64,000 nt of DNA from Leptolyngbyaceae cyanobacterium. GTDB lineage: Bacteria; Cyanobacteriota; Cyanobacteriia; Phormidesmidales; Phormidesmidaceae. Below the pieces are notes generated by a model. The model saw only the letters and a list, made by a program, of their open reading frames with translations, did not search any database and was not told where the DNA came from. The position numbers were made by a program, and so were the translations under genes. Location: assembly GCA_050331235.1 (NCBI GenBank), contig JBHJHA010000059.1, positions 1 to 64,000 on the forward strand. The letters are read 5' to 3'. Each line of letters opens with the position of its first letter. The stretch's first letter is position 1. Shown piece by piece: positions 7,646 through 20,223 of the stretch.

Positions 7646-10600
7646 TTACTCGACGCCTTCGATGCGGTCTTCAACTTCCTGGTACAGCTCTTGCAAGCGC
7701 TCCAGGTTTTCGTCGCTGGTTTCCCAATAGCCACGCCCGTTCACTTCCAGCAGGGTTGACACCATGCGGCGGAAGGAGTTGGGGTTCAGATCCATGAGGC
7801 GCTTGCACATCTCCGGATCCTTGATGAAGGTGGTGTTGGTGTCTTCGTAGACCCAGTTATCCACCGCGTCAGCCGTGGCGGACCAGCCAATCGAGATCAC
7901 CAAGCGCTTCGAAAGTTCACGCACCCCTTCGTAGCCGTGGGACAGCATGCCCTCGTACCACTTGGGATTCAGCATTTTGGTGCGAGCATCCAGCCGAACC
8001 GTTTCCGATAGGGTGCGCACTTGAGCGTTCGCTGTCGTCGTGTCTGCTACGTAGGACGCGGGCTTGGTGCCGTCGCCCCGCAGACTGGCGACCACCTTAG
8101 TGGGGTCTGAGTCGAAGTAGTGGGAGACATCGGTCAGAGAAATCTCCGAGGAGTCCAGGTTTTGGAAGGTGACTTCCGCCTTCTTCAACGACGACTCAAA
8201 AATGCCGCGGGCCTCGTCCATAACGCCGGGGTTGTCTGAGTTGAAGGCAAAGGACTTGCGCTTCAGGTACATTTCCTGAAGCTCGCTTTCCTCTTCCCAA
8301 CTGCTGTTTTCCACCGCCAAGTTGACGTTGGAGGCGTAGGAGCCGGAGGCGTTGGAGAAGATGCGGGTAGCGGCACTGCGCACATCACAGCCCATTTCTG
8401 CCGCTTGCTCCAGGGCGTGCTTGCGGACGAAGTTCATTTCCAGGGGCTCGTCGGCTTCGGCGGCCATTTTTACGGCGCGGTCCAGTAAGGCCATCTGGTT
8501 GATGAACAGGTCACGGAAAACACCGGAGCAGTTCACCACAATGTCAACACGGGGTCGACCCAGCTCTTCCAGAGACAACAGCTCCAGCTTGTTCACTCGA
8601 CCCAACGCATCGGGCACCGGCTTGACGCCGACAAACCAGAGCATTTGCGCCAAGGATTCGCCGTAGGTCTTGATGTTGTCAGTCCCCCACAGCACGGTGG
8701 CGATGGTTTCAGGATAGCGACCGCCGTTTTCCTGCTTTTGGCGCTCCAGTAGGCGATCGACCACAATCTTGGCAGACTGCACCGCCGCTAGTGTCGGAAT
8801 CGCCTGAGGATCGAGCGCGTGGAGGTTTTTACCTGTTGGCAATACATCGGGGTTGCGGATGGGGTCACCGCCGGGACCCGGCAGCACGTATTCTCCTTCC
8901 AATCCCTTGAGCAGTGCACCTAGTTCATTGTCGGCACAAACCTGCTCCAGACAAAATTCGAGGAACTCCATCAGAGACTTGATGCTCTCGCTCTGGACAC
9001 CGGTGTAGCCTGCTTCGTGCAGGGCGGTAATCCAGGGTTCTTTGCGACCAATTTTGAGGAAGTTCAGACGCGACACCATCGAGACACGACCTTCAGCATC
9101 TACCTGCTCGTTGACCAAGGCTCCCACGGCATCGCGTACGACTTGGTTGATGTCGTATAGAAGCTGCACATCGTCGAGCACACCCCGATCGCTGTTGGCG
9201 TAGATTTCATCGATGTCGCGACCAATGCTCTCGGCAATCACCCGCTGCAGGCTCATAATGCCTTCTTCGTCGCGATCGAGCCCGGCGATGTTGACCAGGG
9301 TCGCGATCGCTTCCTCCGCGGTCGGTGGCTTACCAATGACATGCAAACCACAAGGCAGCAGCCGCGACTCGATCTCCATCAGCTTGATGTAGATTTTGCC
9401 GACCAGATTGCTGCGATCGTCTGCGGACATTTCGCTAGCGTCCACCTCGGGCAGTTCCACATCGCGATCCAGATTGCAGACCCGCGCCGTTTCGACGATC
9501 GCGTTGACAATCTGCACCGCCCGACCGCTGTCTTTTTGCGATTGATAGGAGCCGATCAGTTCGCTCAGTTCCTTCAGGCCTTTGTACAGACCCGCGTTTT
9601 CGGCAGGAGGGGTGAGATAGCTGATGGTTTCGGCATAGCACCGGCGCTTCGCGATCGTCGCCTCGGAAGGATTGTTCGCGGCGTAGTAGTAAAGGTTCGG
9701 GGTGGTACCGATGAGGCTATCGGGATAGCACATCCCCGACATGCCCATTTGCTTACCGGGCATGAACTCTAGCGAGCCGTGGGTGCCAAAGTGCAGCACC
9801 GCATCCGCCCCCCAGATTTGCTCCAAATAGGTGTAGTAAGCGGCAAACCCGTGATGTGGACTGGCTGAGCGGGAGAACAGCAACCGCATCGGGTCGCCTT
9901 CGTAGCCAAAGGTGGGCTGTACGCCGATGAAGACATTGCCAAACGCCTTGCCGTACACCAGCAGGTTTTGACCATCGGTGTTCAAGTGTCCGGGCGGCGG
10001 ACCCCAGTTCTCTTCCAAGCGAGTCGAGTAGGGCGTCAACTTTTCATACTCAGGCACCGACATGCGATAGGCCACATTCAGCTCGGGGCTGGCGTATTGG
10101 GCCTGAGCATCATGAATCACCTCTTGCATCAATGCGGCTGGTGACTCGGGCAGGTCAGGAATGTCATAGCCGTTGCCCTTCATAGCCTCTAGTACTTTGT
10201 AGATAGAGCCAAAGACATCCAAATAGGCCGCCGTGCCGACGTAGCCCTTATCCGGTGGAAAGCTAAAGACTGTGATTGCCAGCTTTTTATCAACTTTAGG
10301 CTTGCGGCGCAGATTGCCCCACTTCATGGCCCGTTGAGCAATGGAGCTGATGCGGTCCTGCTGGGAAATGGCCCGACCGGTCATGCCGTCGCGACCGGAG
10401 AGAACGATGGGCTCGATCGCTCCATCCAGTTCGGGAATCGCCATCTGTAGCGCCACCTGAATGGGGTGCAGGCCCAAGTCGCTCTCTTCCCACTCTTCTG
10501 TGGTTTGGAATACCAAGGGCAGGGCCACCATGTAGGGGCGGTTCAGCCGCTTCAAAGTCTCAATCGCCTTGGGATGGTCTTGGCGAGCGGGACCACCTAC

Positions 10601-11644
10601 CAGGGCAAACCCCGTCAGCGACACCACAGAGTCCACAATGGGGTGATCCACATCGATGGGGTCAAAGAAAAACTCGTTGACGGGTTTGGAAAAGTCCAAC
10701 CCCCCGGAGAAGACGGGAATTACCCGCGCCCCGAGATATTCCAGCTCTTGCACCATGGCAGCATAGTGGGCTTCGTCGCCTGTTACCAAATGCGTCCGCT
10801 GGAGCACCAAACCGACACAGGGGGCCAGGGGATCCCGCAGCATCTCGGGCAAATCTTTACGGGAGTCATACCAGTTCAGATACTCTTTGATGTCTTCAAA
10901 CATCTGAGTCGCCATTGGGTGCCAGATCCCCACATCGGGGAACGTCACCGGCTCGGCATAATCAAAGCTGTCTTCCTGGGGGGCCCCAGCGATCTCCTTA
11001 TCCGCAAACACGTAGCGATCGGCCAGCATCAAGAAGAAGTTTTCCAGATTTTCCGCTGAACCGCCCAGCCAGTATTGGAAGCTGAGCATAAAGTTCCGGG
11101 CATCCTGGGCCTTTTCCACCGGCAGGTATTTCAAGACATTGGGCAGGGTGCGCAGCAGCTTTAGCATGGCGTCTTCAAACCCGCTGCCTTTCTTGGCCCG
11201 ACGTTTCTTCATGAATTCGCCAATGACGCTCTTGGATTGACCCAACTGCGCCATCGAGAAGCTGCCCATTTTGTTCAAGCGCATTACCTGGGGCATTGAG
11301 GGAAAGACCACCGCGGCATCTAAGCGATCGCGGTGGGGCTGCACCGCCTCAACCACTTTGTCAGCTAAATCTTCGATGAAGATCAAGGACGCAATAAAAA
11401 TGTTGGCCTCAGAAATATCCTGCTTGAAGGCTTCGTAATTCTCTTGGCTACGGAGCTCTTCGATCAAATAGCCACTGACTTCAAAGGCAATTTCAGAATT
11501 CTGAGCATTGATCGCCCGAATTGCCGAGGAAAGGGAGCTCTGATATTGAGGCTCCAGAACCACATAGACCACCTTGACCAGCGATCGCCCGTTTAGCTCA
11601 TCGGGTACGATGTGTCGCACAGTGGGCTTGACGTGGGTGAACAT
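7646..11644 (-). CDS. chlH: Magnesium chelatase subunit H
   Basis: 1332 aa; [11 protein letters not shown] start, [43 protein letters not shown] end. Confidence 0.98.
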   Translation of the reverse strand: MFTHVKPTVRHIVPDELNGRSLVKVVYVVLEPQYQSSLSSAIRAINAQNSEIAFEVSGYLIEELRSQENYEAFKQDISEANIFIASLIFIEDLADKVVEAVQPHRDRLDAAVVFPSMPQVMRLNKMGSFSMAQLGQSKSVIGEFMKKRRAKKGSGFEDAMLKLLRTLPNVLKYLPVEKAQDARNFMLSFQYWLGGSAENLENFFLMLADRYVFADKEIAGAPQEDSFDYAEPVTFPDVGIWHPMATQMFEDIKEYLNWYDSRKDLPEMLRDPLAPCVGLVLQRTHLVTGDEAHYAAMVQELEYLGARVIPVFSGGLDFSKPVNEFFFDPIDVDHPIVDSVVSLTGFALVGGPARQDHPKAIETLKRLNRPYMVALPLVFQTTEEWEESDLGLHPIQVALQMAIPELDGAIEPIVLSGRDGMTGRAISQQDRISSIAQRAMKWGNLRRKPKVDKKLAITVFSFPPDKGYVGTAAYLDVFGSIYKVLEAMKGNGYDIPDLPESPAALMQEVIHDAQAQYASPELNVAYRMSVPEYEKLTPYSTRLEENWGPPPGHLNTDGQNLLVYGKAFGNVFIGVQPTFGYEGDPMRLLFSRSASPHHGFAAYYTYLEQIWGADAVLHFGTHGSLEFMPGKQMGMSGMCYPDSLIGTTPNLYYYAANNPSEATIAKRRCYAETISYLTPPAENAGLYKGLKELSELIGSYQSQKDSGRAVQIVNAIVETARVCNLDRDVELPEVDASEMSADDRSNLVGKIYIKLMEIESRLLPCGLHVIGKPPTAEEAIATLVNIAGLDRDEEGIMSLQRVIAESIGRDIDEIYANSDRGVLDDVQLLYDINQVVRDAVGALVNEQVDAEGRVSMVSRLNFLKIGRKEPWITALHEAGYTGVQSESIKSLMEFLEFCLEQVCADNELGALLKGLEGEYVLPGPGGDPIRNPDVLPTGKNLHALDPQAIPTLAAVQSAKIVVDRLLERQKQENGGRYPETIATVLWGTDNIKTYGESLAQMLWFVGVKPVPDALGRVNKLELLSLEELGRPRVDIVVNCSGVFRDLFINQMALLDRAVKMAAEADEPLEMNFVRKHALEQAAEMGCDVRSAATRIFSNASGSYASNVNLAVENSSWEEESELQEMYLKRKSFAFNSDNPGVMDEARGIFESSLKKAEVTFQNLDSSEISLTDVSHYFDSDPTKVVASLRGDGTKPASYVADTTTANAQVRTLSETVRLDARTKMLNPKWYEGMLSHGYEGVRELSKRLVISIGWSATADAVDNWVYEDTNTTFIKDPEMCKRLMDLNPNSFRRMVSTLLEVNGRGYWETSDENLERLQELYQEVEDRIEGVE

Positions 11645-12149
11645 GCAGTGATGACTCCTTATGACGTGTCTAGACTCTAGATGTCGTGGTCAGCTAGCAA
11701 GGAAGAGCAAAGATTTTTCCGTTCAAAATCATTTGCCTCACTGCTTCCTAGCGGCTTTAAACAACAACTCTAATTTGCTGAGGATTGCCAGGGCAAAGTG
11801 GCATTTACAAAACCCCACAATCCATGTAAAGAAACCGCACCAACAGACCCGAAAAGGTTTACAAACCTAACCCTCTTCTATCAGAAGATCCTTGCCACAT
11901 AAGGGCTACAGCGAGATGCGTAACAAAACGCAACAGATTGGGCACCAAAACTCGCTTTTTCCTAAACTTTTGTTGACCCATTGAAAAAGCTTATTTTCTT
12001 CATAAGAAGAATTAAGGTCCGTTGCCCGTAAGTCTGGTAGCCCGCGGCGGCCCAATTTGGACTAGCGAAATCGTTTCTGATGCAAAGTCCGTGAGTTTAA
12101 GTGGTCACCTGGGGGATGTATTTGGATCCTTTTTTGAACTGCGTTTGCC

Positions 12150-13973
12150 CTATTCACTGATCTTTAGCTCTGGAACGTTCCAGAGTGCCGCCGGTCGCAC
12201 AATGCCGGAATAGTTGACGTTTTCAATAGTGTTACGGATCGCACCTAGATTGAGCGGGTTCACCAAGTAAATGAAAGGCAGATACTCCTGAGTCAACCGC
12301 TGGCTCTCAAAATACAGTTCCTTACGCTTTTGCGGATCAATCTCCTGGGCTGCGCGAACGTAAATATCCGCAATTTGCTGTTCCCAATCCGCCGCTTCCC
12401 AGCCCTCTAGCGGTTCTTGGCCGGCTAGGGCTTGTTGATTAAAGGCATGGAGTGAACCATCGGTATACCAGACTACGGCCCCACCGTGAGGCTCGAGACT
12501 GGCCGTAAAGCCGATGATATGTGCCTCCCAATCAAGACTGTCACCGAGCTTAGTCACTAAGGCATTAAAGCTAATGGGTTGAAAGTCCACTTGTATGCCA
12601 ATTTTGCCCAAATCCTGCTTGATTTGCGCCCCGATCGCTTCCCGGGTCTTATTACCAGAATTCGTAATTAGCGTAAACCGGACTCGATTACCGTCAGCGT
12701 CTAAGAGTTGACCGCTGGCGTCATACTGAAAGCCATCTTGCTCTAGCATTTCCCGCGCTTGGTTGGGATCTTAGACATAGGTGGGAATGCGTGCTTCGGG
12801 GCTGGCGTAAAAGGGGCTCTGCACCGGAATTGGCGAGGTCTGCGGTTCCCCCAAACCTTGAAAAATATTGTTGATCATCGTGGGGCGATCGATTGCGTAG
12901 GACACTGCCCGTCGGAACGCGACCGAGTTGAACCACTTTGACTTGATCGGGTCCACCAGCGGTTTCCCGTCTCGGCTGGCTTTGTTCAGATTAAAGGTGA
13001 TAAAAGAGGTGCCTAGCGCTGGGCCGCCTTCATGAATGGTGAAATTGCCACGCTCTTCTTCACTTTTCATCAAAGCAAACTCATCAGCCCCAACGCCGAT
13101 GACATCAAGCCCTCCAGAGCGAAACTGGAGCAGTTGGTTATCGCTTGACTCGATGACCTGCCAGACCAGTTCCTGAATGTAAGGCTGTTGGTTACCGGCA
13201 TCATCCCTTTCCCAGTAGAACGGATTGCGCTCAAAAATGACTCGCTGGCTGGGCAAAAATTGCTTGAGCCGATAAGGACCATTGCCTACAATTTCTGTCG
13301 GTGCGGTTCCGGTTGTCCAGGTTGATAAAAACTCAGGATTACCCTCTGAATCGAGTGTTTCAACCGACTCCCGCAGCGCATGGGCCGGCATCAGCCAGGC
13401 CTCAGTGTTAGCTAAAAATGGGGCAAAGGGCTCCGGTAGCAGAAATCTAAAGCGGCGATCGTCAATCTTTTCGATATCCGGTAGGGTCCCCGCTTGTCCG
13501 ATGCGAAAGATGTCACGGGAAGACGCCGGAATTGCCTCATTGAAGAGCACGTCCTGAAACGTAAAGAGGACGTCGTCGCTCGTCAACGGCTCACCGTCCG
13601 ACCACTTTAACCCTTCTCGTAGGGTAAAGGTATAAGTGAGGCCATCGTCAGAGATCTCCCAAGACTCGGCTGCCTTCGGCACGATTTCTCCGGTTTCGCC
13701 ATCGCGAGTGACTAACCCCTCGAAGGTGTATAGAAAAACGCTGGGATACTCTTGACTGAGGGCCGGGTTAAACGTTTTAGGATCGCCCAAGGAGCTAAAG
13801 ACAATGCGGGAAGTCGTAGCGTCTGCCGTTGTAAACTGAGATGGATTGCAGCCCGCAAAGGCGATTGCCCCTAACAGCATTAGCCCAAACAGTAAACCAG
13901 GTTTGCCCAATCGTCGGAGCCATTTCCGAATGGTTGGTCCGATGCCAGTTTTGCTGCTCTTGAGATTAGCCAT
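12150..13973 (-). pseudogene. ABC peptide/oligopeptide substrate-binding lipoprotein (family 5) split by in-frame TAA at 12771-12773
   Basis: Lipobox AFAGC, DPKTFNP, LREGLKWSDGEPLTSDDVLFT; ORFs 12771-14003 and 12150-12749 share a frame (IPTYV*DPNQAREMLEQ); may be a base-call error. Confidence 0.8.
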
Positions 13974-14310
13974 AGCCCCTTCGCAATTTTGCCTTCTGAG
14001 CATTATCGCAGCTAATTTTGGGAATGCCCATTGAGCGCTAAGCTGCTAAGCGTTGATGTAGCGTTCAAAAGGCAGAGAAATGCGACTCTTCATGTCAACA
14101 CTCAACTAGTAGGGGTTGGCCTAACCTGGTTGGCTGGCTTTACAGCCTGAAAGGACGCTGGGCTAACCAGATCGCTGCACTGGGCCACTGACCTTGAATA
14201 TCCGCGGCTTTAGCTATGCGGTCACTCCCCCTACCACTGATAAGAAAAATTAAAGTAGAAATTGGCTGCTCCTTAGTGACATTTTCCAAAATGTTCGATA
14301 TTGTTTGATT

Positions 14311-14372
14311 GTGTGAGGAGCGAACCAGTGAGAGCACCGAGACGAAACACGGCCAGTCGTCGGTGCTCTTTC
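14311..14372 (+). ncRNA. Yfr2-family cyanobacterial sRNA
   Basis: 5' GTGTGAGGAG, stem agagcaccga/tcggtgctct enclosing GAAACACGG, candidate -10 TATTGT at 14299-14304. Confidence 0.7.
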
Positions 14373-14515
14373 TGATTTTTAAAGAGGTTTGAGGCATCAA
14401 CCGCGATCGCTGCGCCCTTATCATTGGTGGTTGACCAATTTTCGTTAGCATTCTCTACTACAGCTACGGTGAAATTTCCCCAGGCTTACGGGGCGTCAAC
14501 ACGGTTGCACCTGCG

Positions 14516-15352
14516 TCATGAGTGCAGCACAAATTTTTCGATCGCTTGTACAACTCCATCCGCCTCAACGCTGGGAGCTACCCAGTCGGCGATCGCCTTG
14601 ACGCCCTCGGGGGCATCCCCCATCGCCACCCCAACGCCGGCATAGCCAATCATCTCGTAGTCGTTAAAGTTGTCGCCAACGGTCATCACCTGGTTTGGCT
14701 TCAGGCCAAGCAATTCTTCCGCCAGATATTTGACGGCGGCTCCTTTGTTTGACAACGGGTTGGTCGCTTCAAAAAAGGTGGTGACCGACTGAGTCAGGTA
14801 CAAGTCTTCGGCGGTATAGCGCTGCTTAAAGCGGGTCAGTAAGTCTGTAATGACCTGAGCATCTGGACTCAGAGCCAAGAGCTTGGTCGTTTCGATCTGA
14901 CTCTGACTCTGAATGTAGGCCGCCAAATCCCCCACGACAATGGGCTCAATGCCCGAGCGTTGGGCATAGTCTCGGGTGTCGGTCAAAATGCGGCGCACGT
15001 GTAGCTGATCATCAATATACAGATGTATCGAGAGCTTTTCTGCTGCCTCTAGCTCCGCCAGGGCCAGCAGTAGCTCCAGAGTATGCTGACGGGACAGAGG
15101 AGTATGGCGATACAGCTGACCAGAGAGGGGATCTTTGATCAGCGCTCCCTGGTAAGACATAATCGGCAGTGATGACTGCACCGCACGGTGAAATCGTACC
15201 GCCGACCGATACATGCGCCCTGTGGCGATCGCCACTTGCACACCTTGGCGCTGCGCTTGGGCGATCGCCGCCTTCACACCCTCTGTGACCTCGTTAGACT
15301 GTCCCGCAATGGTGCCGTCAATGTCGAGTACTAACAGTCGAATATCTGCCAT
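14516..15352 (-). CDS. Cof-type HAD-IIB hydrolase
   Basis: LLVLDIDGT, IATGR, NKG, VGDNFNDYEM. Confidence 0.93.
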   Translation of the reverse strand: MADIRLLVLDIDGTIAGQSNEVTEGVKAAIAQAQRQGVQVAIATGRMYRSAVRFHRAVQSSLPIMSYQGALIKDPLSGQLYRHTPLSRQHTLELLLALAELEAAEKLSIHLYIDDQLHVRRILTDTRDYAQRSGIEPIVVGDLAAYIQSQSQIETTKLLALSPDAQVITDLLTRFKQRYTAEDLYLTQSVTTFFEATNPLSNKGAAVKYLAEELLGLKPNQVMTVGDNFNDYEMIGYAGVGVAMGDAPEGVKAIADWVAPSVEADGVVQAIEKFVLHS

Positions 15353-15496
15353 GCTGCCACAATATGAATCACCAGACGTTAGCGTGACTCAAAATGCCCC
15401 AGGAATACAAGGGCAAATAGGCACACCAGTACATTGGGGCTGTGCCAAAGCAGCCGATTGAGTAGGTGAGGTCTTGTCAGGCAGACAATCCAATCG

Positions 15497-16093
15497 CTAG
15501 CTCTGGATCATGGCAGCGATCGTGACCATCATCATCGCCCCTGAGAAGACTCCCATCGAGGCAGCAAACCCCGCGCGTCGGGAAGGGAAGCTTTGGCCCA
15601 CGGCTGCGGCAATCAGCGCCACAATTGCGGATAAAAACAATTTGCTAAACAGTGGTTGACCAGGCATGAGCAAGCACAGACAGAGCAGCAACAGATGGGT
15701 CGCGGCAGTACCAATAATGAGCTCTAAACGCTGCCAGTAAATCCTTTGAATATCTCGCTGTGAAAAGTTGAACGGCAATTGGTTGCGAGCATATCGGCAA
15801 CGCAAGCCGTCAATCATCAAATACCCAGCAGCGGTCGTAGTAATGGCCCAAAAGGGCATCTGCTCTATAACTTGTCGCTGTAGCTGATCAACAGTTGACG
15901 GCCAAACCACGATCACCAGTACATGGAGGATAAGTCCTACACCGCTAGCCATCAGCAAAAAGGCGAGATCGCATGCTCCAGTCAACAAGATTGACCAGGG
16001 ACGCTGCCAGTTTGTCGGTGGCGATGGGGGAGATTGTGCAGTTGACAGGGACTTTAAGGGGTTGGCGGGGGGACTATAGAGAATAGCACGCAT
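15497..16093 (-). CDS. Hypothetical membrane protein
   Basis: 198-aa ORF with several hydrophobic helices. Confidence 0.6.
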   Translation of the reverse strand: MRAILYSPPANPLKSLSTAQSPPSPPTNWQRPWSILLTGACDLAFLLMASGVGLILHVLVIVVWPSTVDQLQRQVIEQMPFWAITTTAAGYLMIDGLRCRYARNQLPFNFSQRDIQRIYWQRLELIIGTAATHLLLLCLCLLMPGQPLFSKLFLSAIVALIAAAVGQSFPSRRAGFAASMGVFSGAMMMVTIAAMIQS

Positions 16094-16457
16094 GGCATGT
16101 TGCCTCCCGTCGGAGGCGTCTCAATACGATAGAAGCGAAGACCTGCGGCAGATGTGAGTTCCTCGGCCAGGACACCTGCAACCAGGCAGCCTGGATCTGA
16201 GATAAATCACTGCATTAAAGCTATTCAACTTTTTCGTAAATCGATCACGGTTGAAAGTGGGTTTCACCAAATCTTGATATCGGTAATACTGCCGAGTGCC
16301 CGTAGCGAATCCCGCTCGATCAGCCGCCTCTAGGCATCCCTCAACGCTGCAATGCCCATCAAACCGCCGAGTCTACCTTCGGTATTTACGCAAGCTTCAC
16401 ACTGGCTTGATGAAGGCTGCGTGTTTGGCCGCTTCATCTGCCCCATGGTTGACAGCG

Positions 16458-17198
16458 TCAGGTCTGATGCAGCACTAATACTCCAGGCTCCGATTGAATG
16501 GGCACCATATCTAGAACATCGATCTGAGCGCAGTATTTCAAATCGTCGTCTTGGGTCAACCGCAGCAGTCTCTGGCCGTGGCTCGCGTGGTGCATTAATC
16601 CCAGTAGGTCATCTTGCCACTGTTCAAAGAGACTGATGGCGGCAATCGTGGAATCATTACCCGCGATCGCCGGTAGTTCTGAGTGCAAATGCTGGATCAG
16701 TTGGTGGGCGATCGCCCCTGCACAAACGGTATCTTCCAGGGAGTAAGCACCCTGCCATCCAGAGCCCACTAACCAAACTTCTTGGGGAGCAGTCTCGAGC
16801 AAAAACTTCACCACTGCCTGACGCGTTGTCAAAGCTGCGGTAATGACTGTTGGAGCCTGCTGAATCCGGTGCAGGCAACGGGTCCCATTTGTAGTGCTCA
16901 TAAACAGGTGGCGTCCTGCCGAGCGCTCAGCCGTATGATCTAGCGGCGAATTTCCCAGGTCGAATCCCTCAACCTTGGCCCCCCCCCGTTCACCCGCTAA
17001 AAGACGATCAGATGCGGGGTAAGCTGCGCTCTCGCTGCGTAAACGATCTAAATCGCTAAACACATGGATTGACTCAGCGCCCACGTGAAAGGCGGCAGCC
17101 ATGGTTGAAGTCGCACGCAGCACGTCAATGGCCACGGCACAATCCGGCAAGCTACCCTCCGGGACTTCTTCGGGGGTGTGATAGACAAATACCTTCAC
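16458..17198 (-). CDS. comB: 2-phosphosulfolactate phosphatase family protein
   Basis: [42 protein letters not shown]. Confidence 0.92.
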   Translation of the reverse strand: MKVFVYHTPEEVPEGSLPDCAVAIDVLRATSTMAAAFHVGAESIHVFSDLDRLRSESAAYPASDRLLAGERGGAKVEGFDLGNSPLDHTAERSAGRHLFMSTTNGTRCLHRIQQAPTVITAALTTRQAVVKFLLETAPQEVWLVGSGWQGAYSLEDTVCAGAIAHQLIQHLHSELPAIAGNDSTIAAISLFEQWQDDLLGLMHHASHGQRLLRLTQDDDLKYCAQIDVLDMVPIQSEPGVLVLHQT

Positions 17199-17269
17199 AA
17201 ATTAGGGATGCTCCAAGTTATTATCTGCGCCAGCTTTCCATTCTATTCGGGAAGCATCCCAAACCATCA

Positions 17270-17776
17270 TTAAACTTCTCTGCGATCGCTATGGAGCAAC
17301 GGCATGATGTAAGCGCCTAAGCCAATTCCGGCGACTGCTCCCAACAGCGTCATCCGCAGGTTGTCTATGGACCACCAGTCAAAACCCTGCAGAGCGAGTT
17401 CAATCGGGTACGCCATACACAACGCGAAAGTCACGGCAAAGCCAAATAGTCCGTACTGACTTAGCCAATAGGCTGATTGTCCGAGATCGCGAGCAAACAG
17501 CAAACGCATTCCAATCAAGCCAAAGATGGTGCCATAGCAGCGCATACATACCGCTGCCAGATGCTCACCCGCCAGCGATAAGCCCATTTCAGGCTGCGGG
17601 CAAACCTGCTGGCCCATGAAGTAGATGATGTCGCTAATCTGGGTCAGAATCGGCCACCCTGAAGCTGCCAAAAACGGAGCCGCCACTGGTCCGCTTACCA
17701 TCGCAATCAGCACAACATCCGCAAACCAACTTAGCCAAGGTCGGTGAGTTGCACCTGCAGAAACAGAACTTTGCAT
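17270..17776 (-). CDS. DUF2085-like membrane protein
   Basis: IYFMGQQVCPQP...AVCMRCYG in a hydrophobic ORF. Confidence 0.7.
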   Translation of the reverse strand: MQSSVSAGATHRPWLSWFADVVLIAMVSGPVAAPFLAASGWPILTQISDIIYFMGQQVCPQPEMGLSLAGEHLAAVCMRCYGTIFGLIGMRLLFARDLGQSAYWLSQYGLFGFAVTFALCMAYPIELALQGFDWWSIDNLRMTLLGAVAGIGLGAYIMPLLHSDRREV

Positions 17777-17916
17777 TGTCTATTGACACCGTGAAACTGC
17801 TTTGATTGTAAACATTTATGAGGTGCTAGTGGCCGCTCCCCCCGCGCTCAACCCTGTGTCTTGCCGAATAAGCAATGGCCGTCACCAGTGCACTAGCCAA
17901 TCTCCTTTTTCCCCGA

Positions 17917-19320
17917 TCAAGAGTCAGTCGGCGCTGCTGTCTCGGCGGGTGGGGTAGCCTCAGCCTCGGCAGGGTCTGCATCAGCCGCCCCGGGCTCTGA
18001 AGCGCCAGCATTGGGCTCTGCTGGAACCGACCGACGCTGCTCAGCAGGTGCATCGGGCACGGACTTGAGGGGAGCCTTTTCACTAGCTTCGGAACCGTCG
18101 GGACTGGGGGAGGTAGCCCCCGGCGCAGCGGGTATGGTGCGCCCCACCTCAACACAGCCCTCAGGGTCATAGTTCACCACGACCGTAAACCGATAGCCAG
18201 TAAAAGACTCTACCGTTGAGAAATCTAAGCTTTTTACCCGGCGAATCGCTTGTTGGTTGAGGCCCTCATAGCCGGTACTCCGTAGTACTTCAGGCTCTCC
18301 CAGCAGTTCTCCTGCAGGGCTTACCCAGGCCCCCAGCAGTCCCTGCTGGGGAGGCTCGGAAAGACAAATCCCGGCTTGGTAATCGATGGGCAGCTCAACG
18401 GTTGCTGGCAAAAGCCCTCCGGCCTCGGCTTCTTCTGAGGCTTCTGTATCTGCTTCAGATTCAGCTTTAGCGGTAGCGGCTGCTTGTTCAAAAGCTTGGG
18501 TCACCGTTTCCGCTGGAGCGATTTCGAGGTCTAGGGCTAACTCTCGCCCCTGGCTGAGCCATTCGTCCAGACGGGGCTCAAACTCTGCTGATTGAGTATT
18601 CGTACTGTCAAAGGTGTAAGCCTCTAAACGGTCTGCTAGTGAGAGGGTATCGGTCGGATTACTATTTGCGGCGATCGCGGCTTCCTCCGACGAGCGATCG
18701 TTGCCATCCGTGCGCAAGGCGTCAGCACCGGGGGAGTTGGACTCTGCAGCCGAGTTACCTGAGTTAGAGTCCTCTTGACCATCCGTGCCGTTGGCATTCC
18801 CACTACCGCTGTCGGAGGGCGTCGGTGAACCAGGCGTCGGAAAAGCGGGAAGGGAAATAGTGCCTCGACCGGATTCTAAGCTGCCAATGCCAAAGGGCAA
18901 TCCTGAAACCGGCGGTGGGACCGGACGCCCTCCGGGGGACAACAGCGGTTTTGAGTTAAGCACGCGGTTGCCCGTCTCCGGCTGGGAGCCGCTGCCGCCT
19001 TCAAAGAGTGGTGACAGGGGCTCCAAGTCACCAAACGCATCAAAGTTATAAAAAGACCCCGAGAAATCTGGCAGGCGCTCTTGCTCTGCCGCCGACAGTT
19101 CGACCAAAGGCACATTGCGTCGTTCCGCCTCTAGCTCAACCTCAGTCAGCTGATCAATGCCCAAGCTAGGAAAGGTTGGCCCAGCCGCAAACAAAATGCT
19201 GTGAAACCCAATCGAAATGGCCCCCGCTAACCAAGCAGGGTTCAAAGCCTTGAGAAACTTTAACCGGTTTGTTGCTGAGGATGGCTGCACAGCCATAGGC
19301 GCGATCGCTCCCAAAACCAA
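17917..19320 (-). CDS. TonB C-terminal-like membrane-anchored protein
   Basis: ISIGFHSIL anchor, Pro/Ser-rich linker, VSPAGEL...EVLRSTGYEGLNQQAI. Confidence 0.6.
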   Translation of the reverse strand: MVLGAIAPMAVQPSSATNRLKFLKALNPAWLAGAISIGFHSILFAAGPTFPSLGIDQLTEVELEAERRNVPLVELSAAEQERLPDFSGSFYNFDAFGDLEPLSPLFEGGSGSQPETGNRVLNSKPLLSPGGRPVPPPVSGLPFGIGSLESGRGTISLPAFPTPGSPTPSDSGSGNANGTDGQEDSNSGNSAAESNSPGADALRTDGNDRSSEEAAIAANSNPTDTLSLADRLEAYTFDSTNTQSAEFEPRLDEWLSQGRELALDLEIAPAETVTQAFEQAAATAKAESEADTEASEEAEAGGLLPATVELPIDYQAGICLSEPPQQGLLGAWVSPAGELLGEPEVLRSTGYEGLNQQAIRRVKSLDFSTVESFTGYRFTVVVNYDPEGCVEVGRTIPAAPGATSPSPDGSEASEKAPLKSVPDAPAEQRRSVPAEPNAGASEPGAADADPAEAEATPPAETAAPTDS

Positions 19321-19367
19321 GTTGCGATACTTATCCTAGACGCAAATCCCGATCCTATGTTGCTTCG

Positions 19368-20099
19368 TCAGTTAAGGGAATGCCCCCCACAATTGATAAT
19401 CATCAATGAAAAGTAAGGCAGCTGTAGATCGGGAAGGCCACTCAAATCATCGTAAATTTCCTCATCCGCCTGGGTAGCCCGTACCACGACACAACTGCGA
19501 TGTAGTAGTTGCTTGCGCTTTAAGATGGGCCAAACCTGACCATAGACCGACGCTACTTTCATCAATACGACGACATCGGCTTGATCCAGGGCGGTCTCTA
19601 AATCAGCGATCGCATATAGCGCTGGTAGCACGGTCAGTCGCTGTTGCAAAATCGTGAGCGGTTCGCCGATCTGGGCCGCCGCTGCCATGGGAGAACAGAT
19701 GCCAGGCACGGTCTTGATAACAGCCGCTGGGCACAATGCCTGTAGAGTTTGAGCAAGATAGGTAAACGTACTGTAAAAGCCAGCATCGCCTTCTGTGGCA
19801 AAGACAACGTCTTGTCCCTGCTGCAAATGCTGCCAAACCGCTTGGGCTGCAACTTGCCAGGCCGATTCCAACACCGCCGCCTCTTGGACGAACGGAAAAA
19901 TCAAGGGGAGTTGCTGCTGCTGGGGCTGGAGCAGTTTGGCCACGATACGTTGCGCAATGCCCTGAGCCCCGCCGCGGCCAGCGGGAAAAGCTACCACCGG
20001 ACAGGTTTTTAGCAGCCGTGCCGTTTTGAGCGTGATCAACTCTGGATCACCGGGACCGACTCCGACCCCCCACAGGGTTCCGACTTGCTCTTGATTCAT
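19368..20099 (-). CDS. cobI: Precorrin-2 C20-methyltransferase
   Basis: LWGVGVGPGDPELITLK, TEGDAGFYSTF, VPGICS, LPYFSLM. Confidence 0.92.
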   Translation of the reverse strand: MNQEQVGTLWGVGVGPGDPELITLKTARLLKTCPVVAFPAGRGGAQGIAQRIVAKLLQPQQQQLPLIFPFVQEAAVLESAWQVAAQAVWQHLQQGQDVVFATEGDAGFYSTFTYLAQTLQALCPAAVIKTVPGICSPMAAAAQIGEPLTILQQRLTVLPALYAIADLETALDQADVVVLMKVASVYGQVWPILKRKQLLHRSCVVVRATQADEEIYDDLSGLPDLQLPYFSLMIINCGGHSLN

Positions 20100-20223
20100 T
20101 CGTATCTCGCCATCTTGATGCCCATGGGTGAGCTCTTTAGCTTTGGTTGGTCTGCTGTGGCTGCTTAGCGCAATATCAAGCGGTAGCGGCGGCGATTGTT
20201 ACCAACCTTCATTGAGTCGCCAA

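Noticed and set aside
11645..12150. TTACA/GTAA half-sites upstream of chlH as an RpaB HLR1 site
   Set aside because: No clean direct-repeat pair at the right spacing
16094..16200. Hairpin gcctcc/ggaggc upstream of the membrane protein, considered as a riboswitch
   Set aside because: No match to glutamine, cobalamin or other riboswitch consensus that I can recognise
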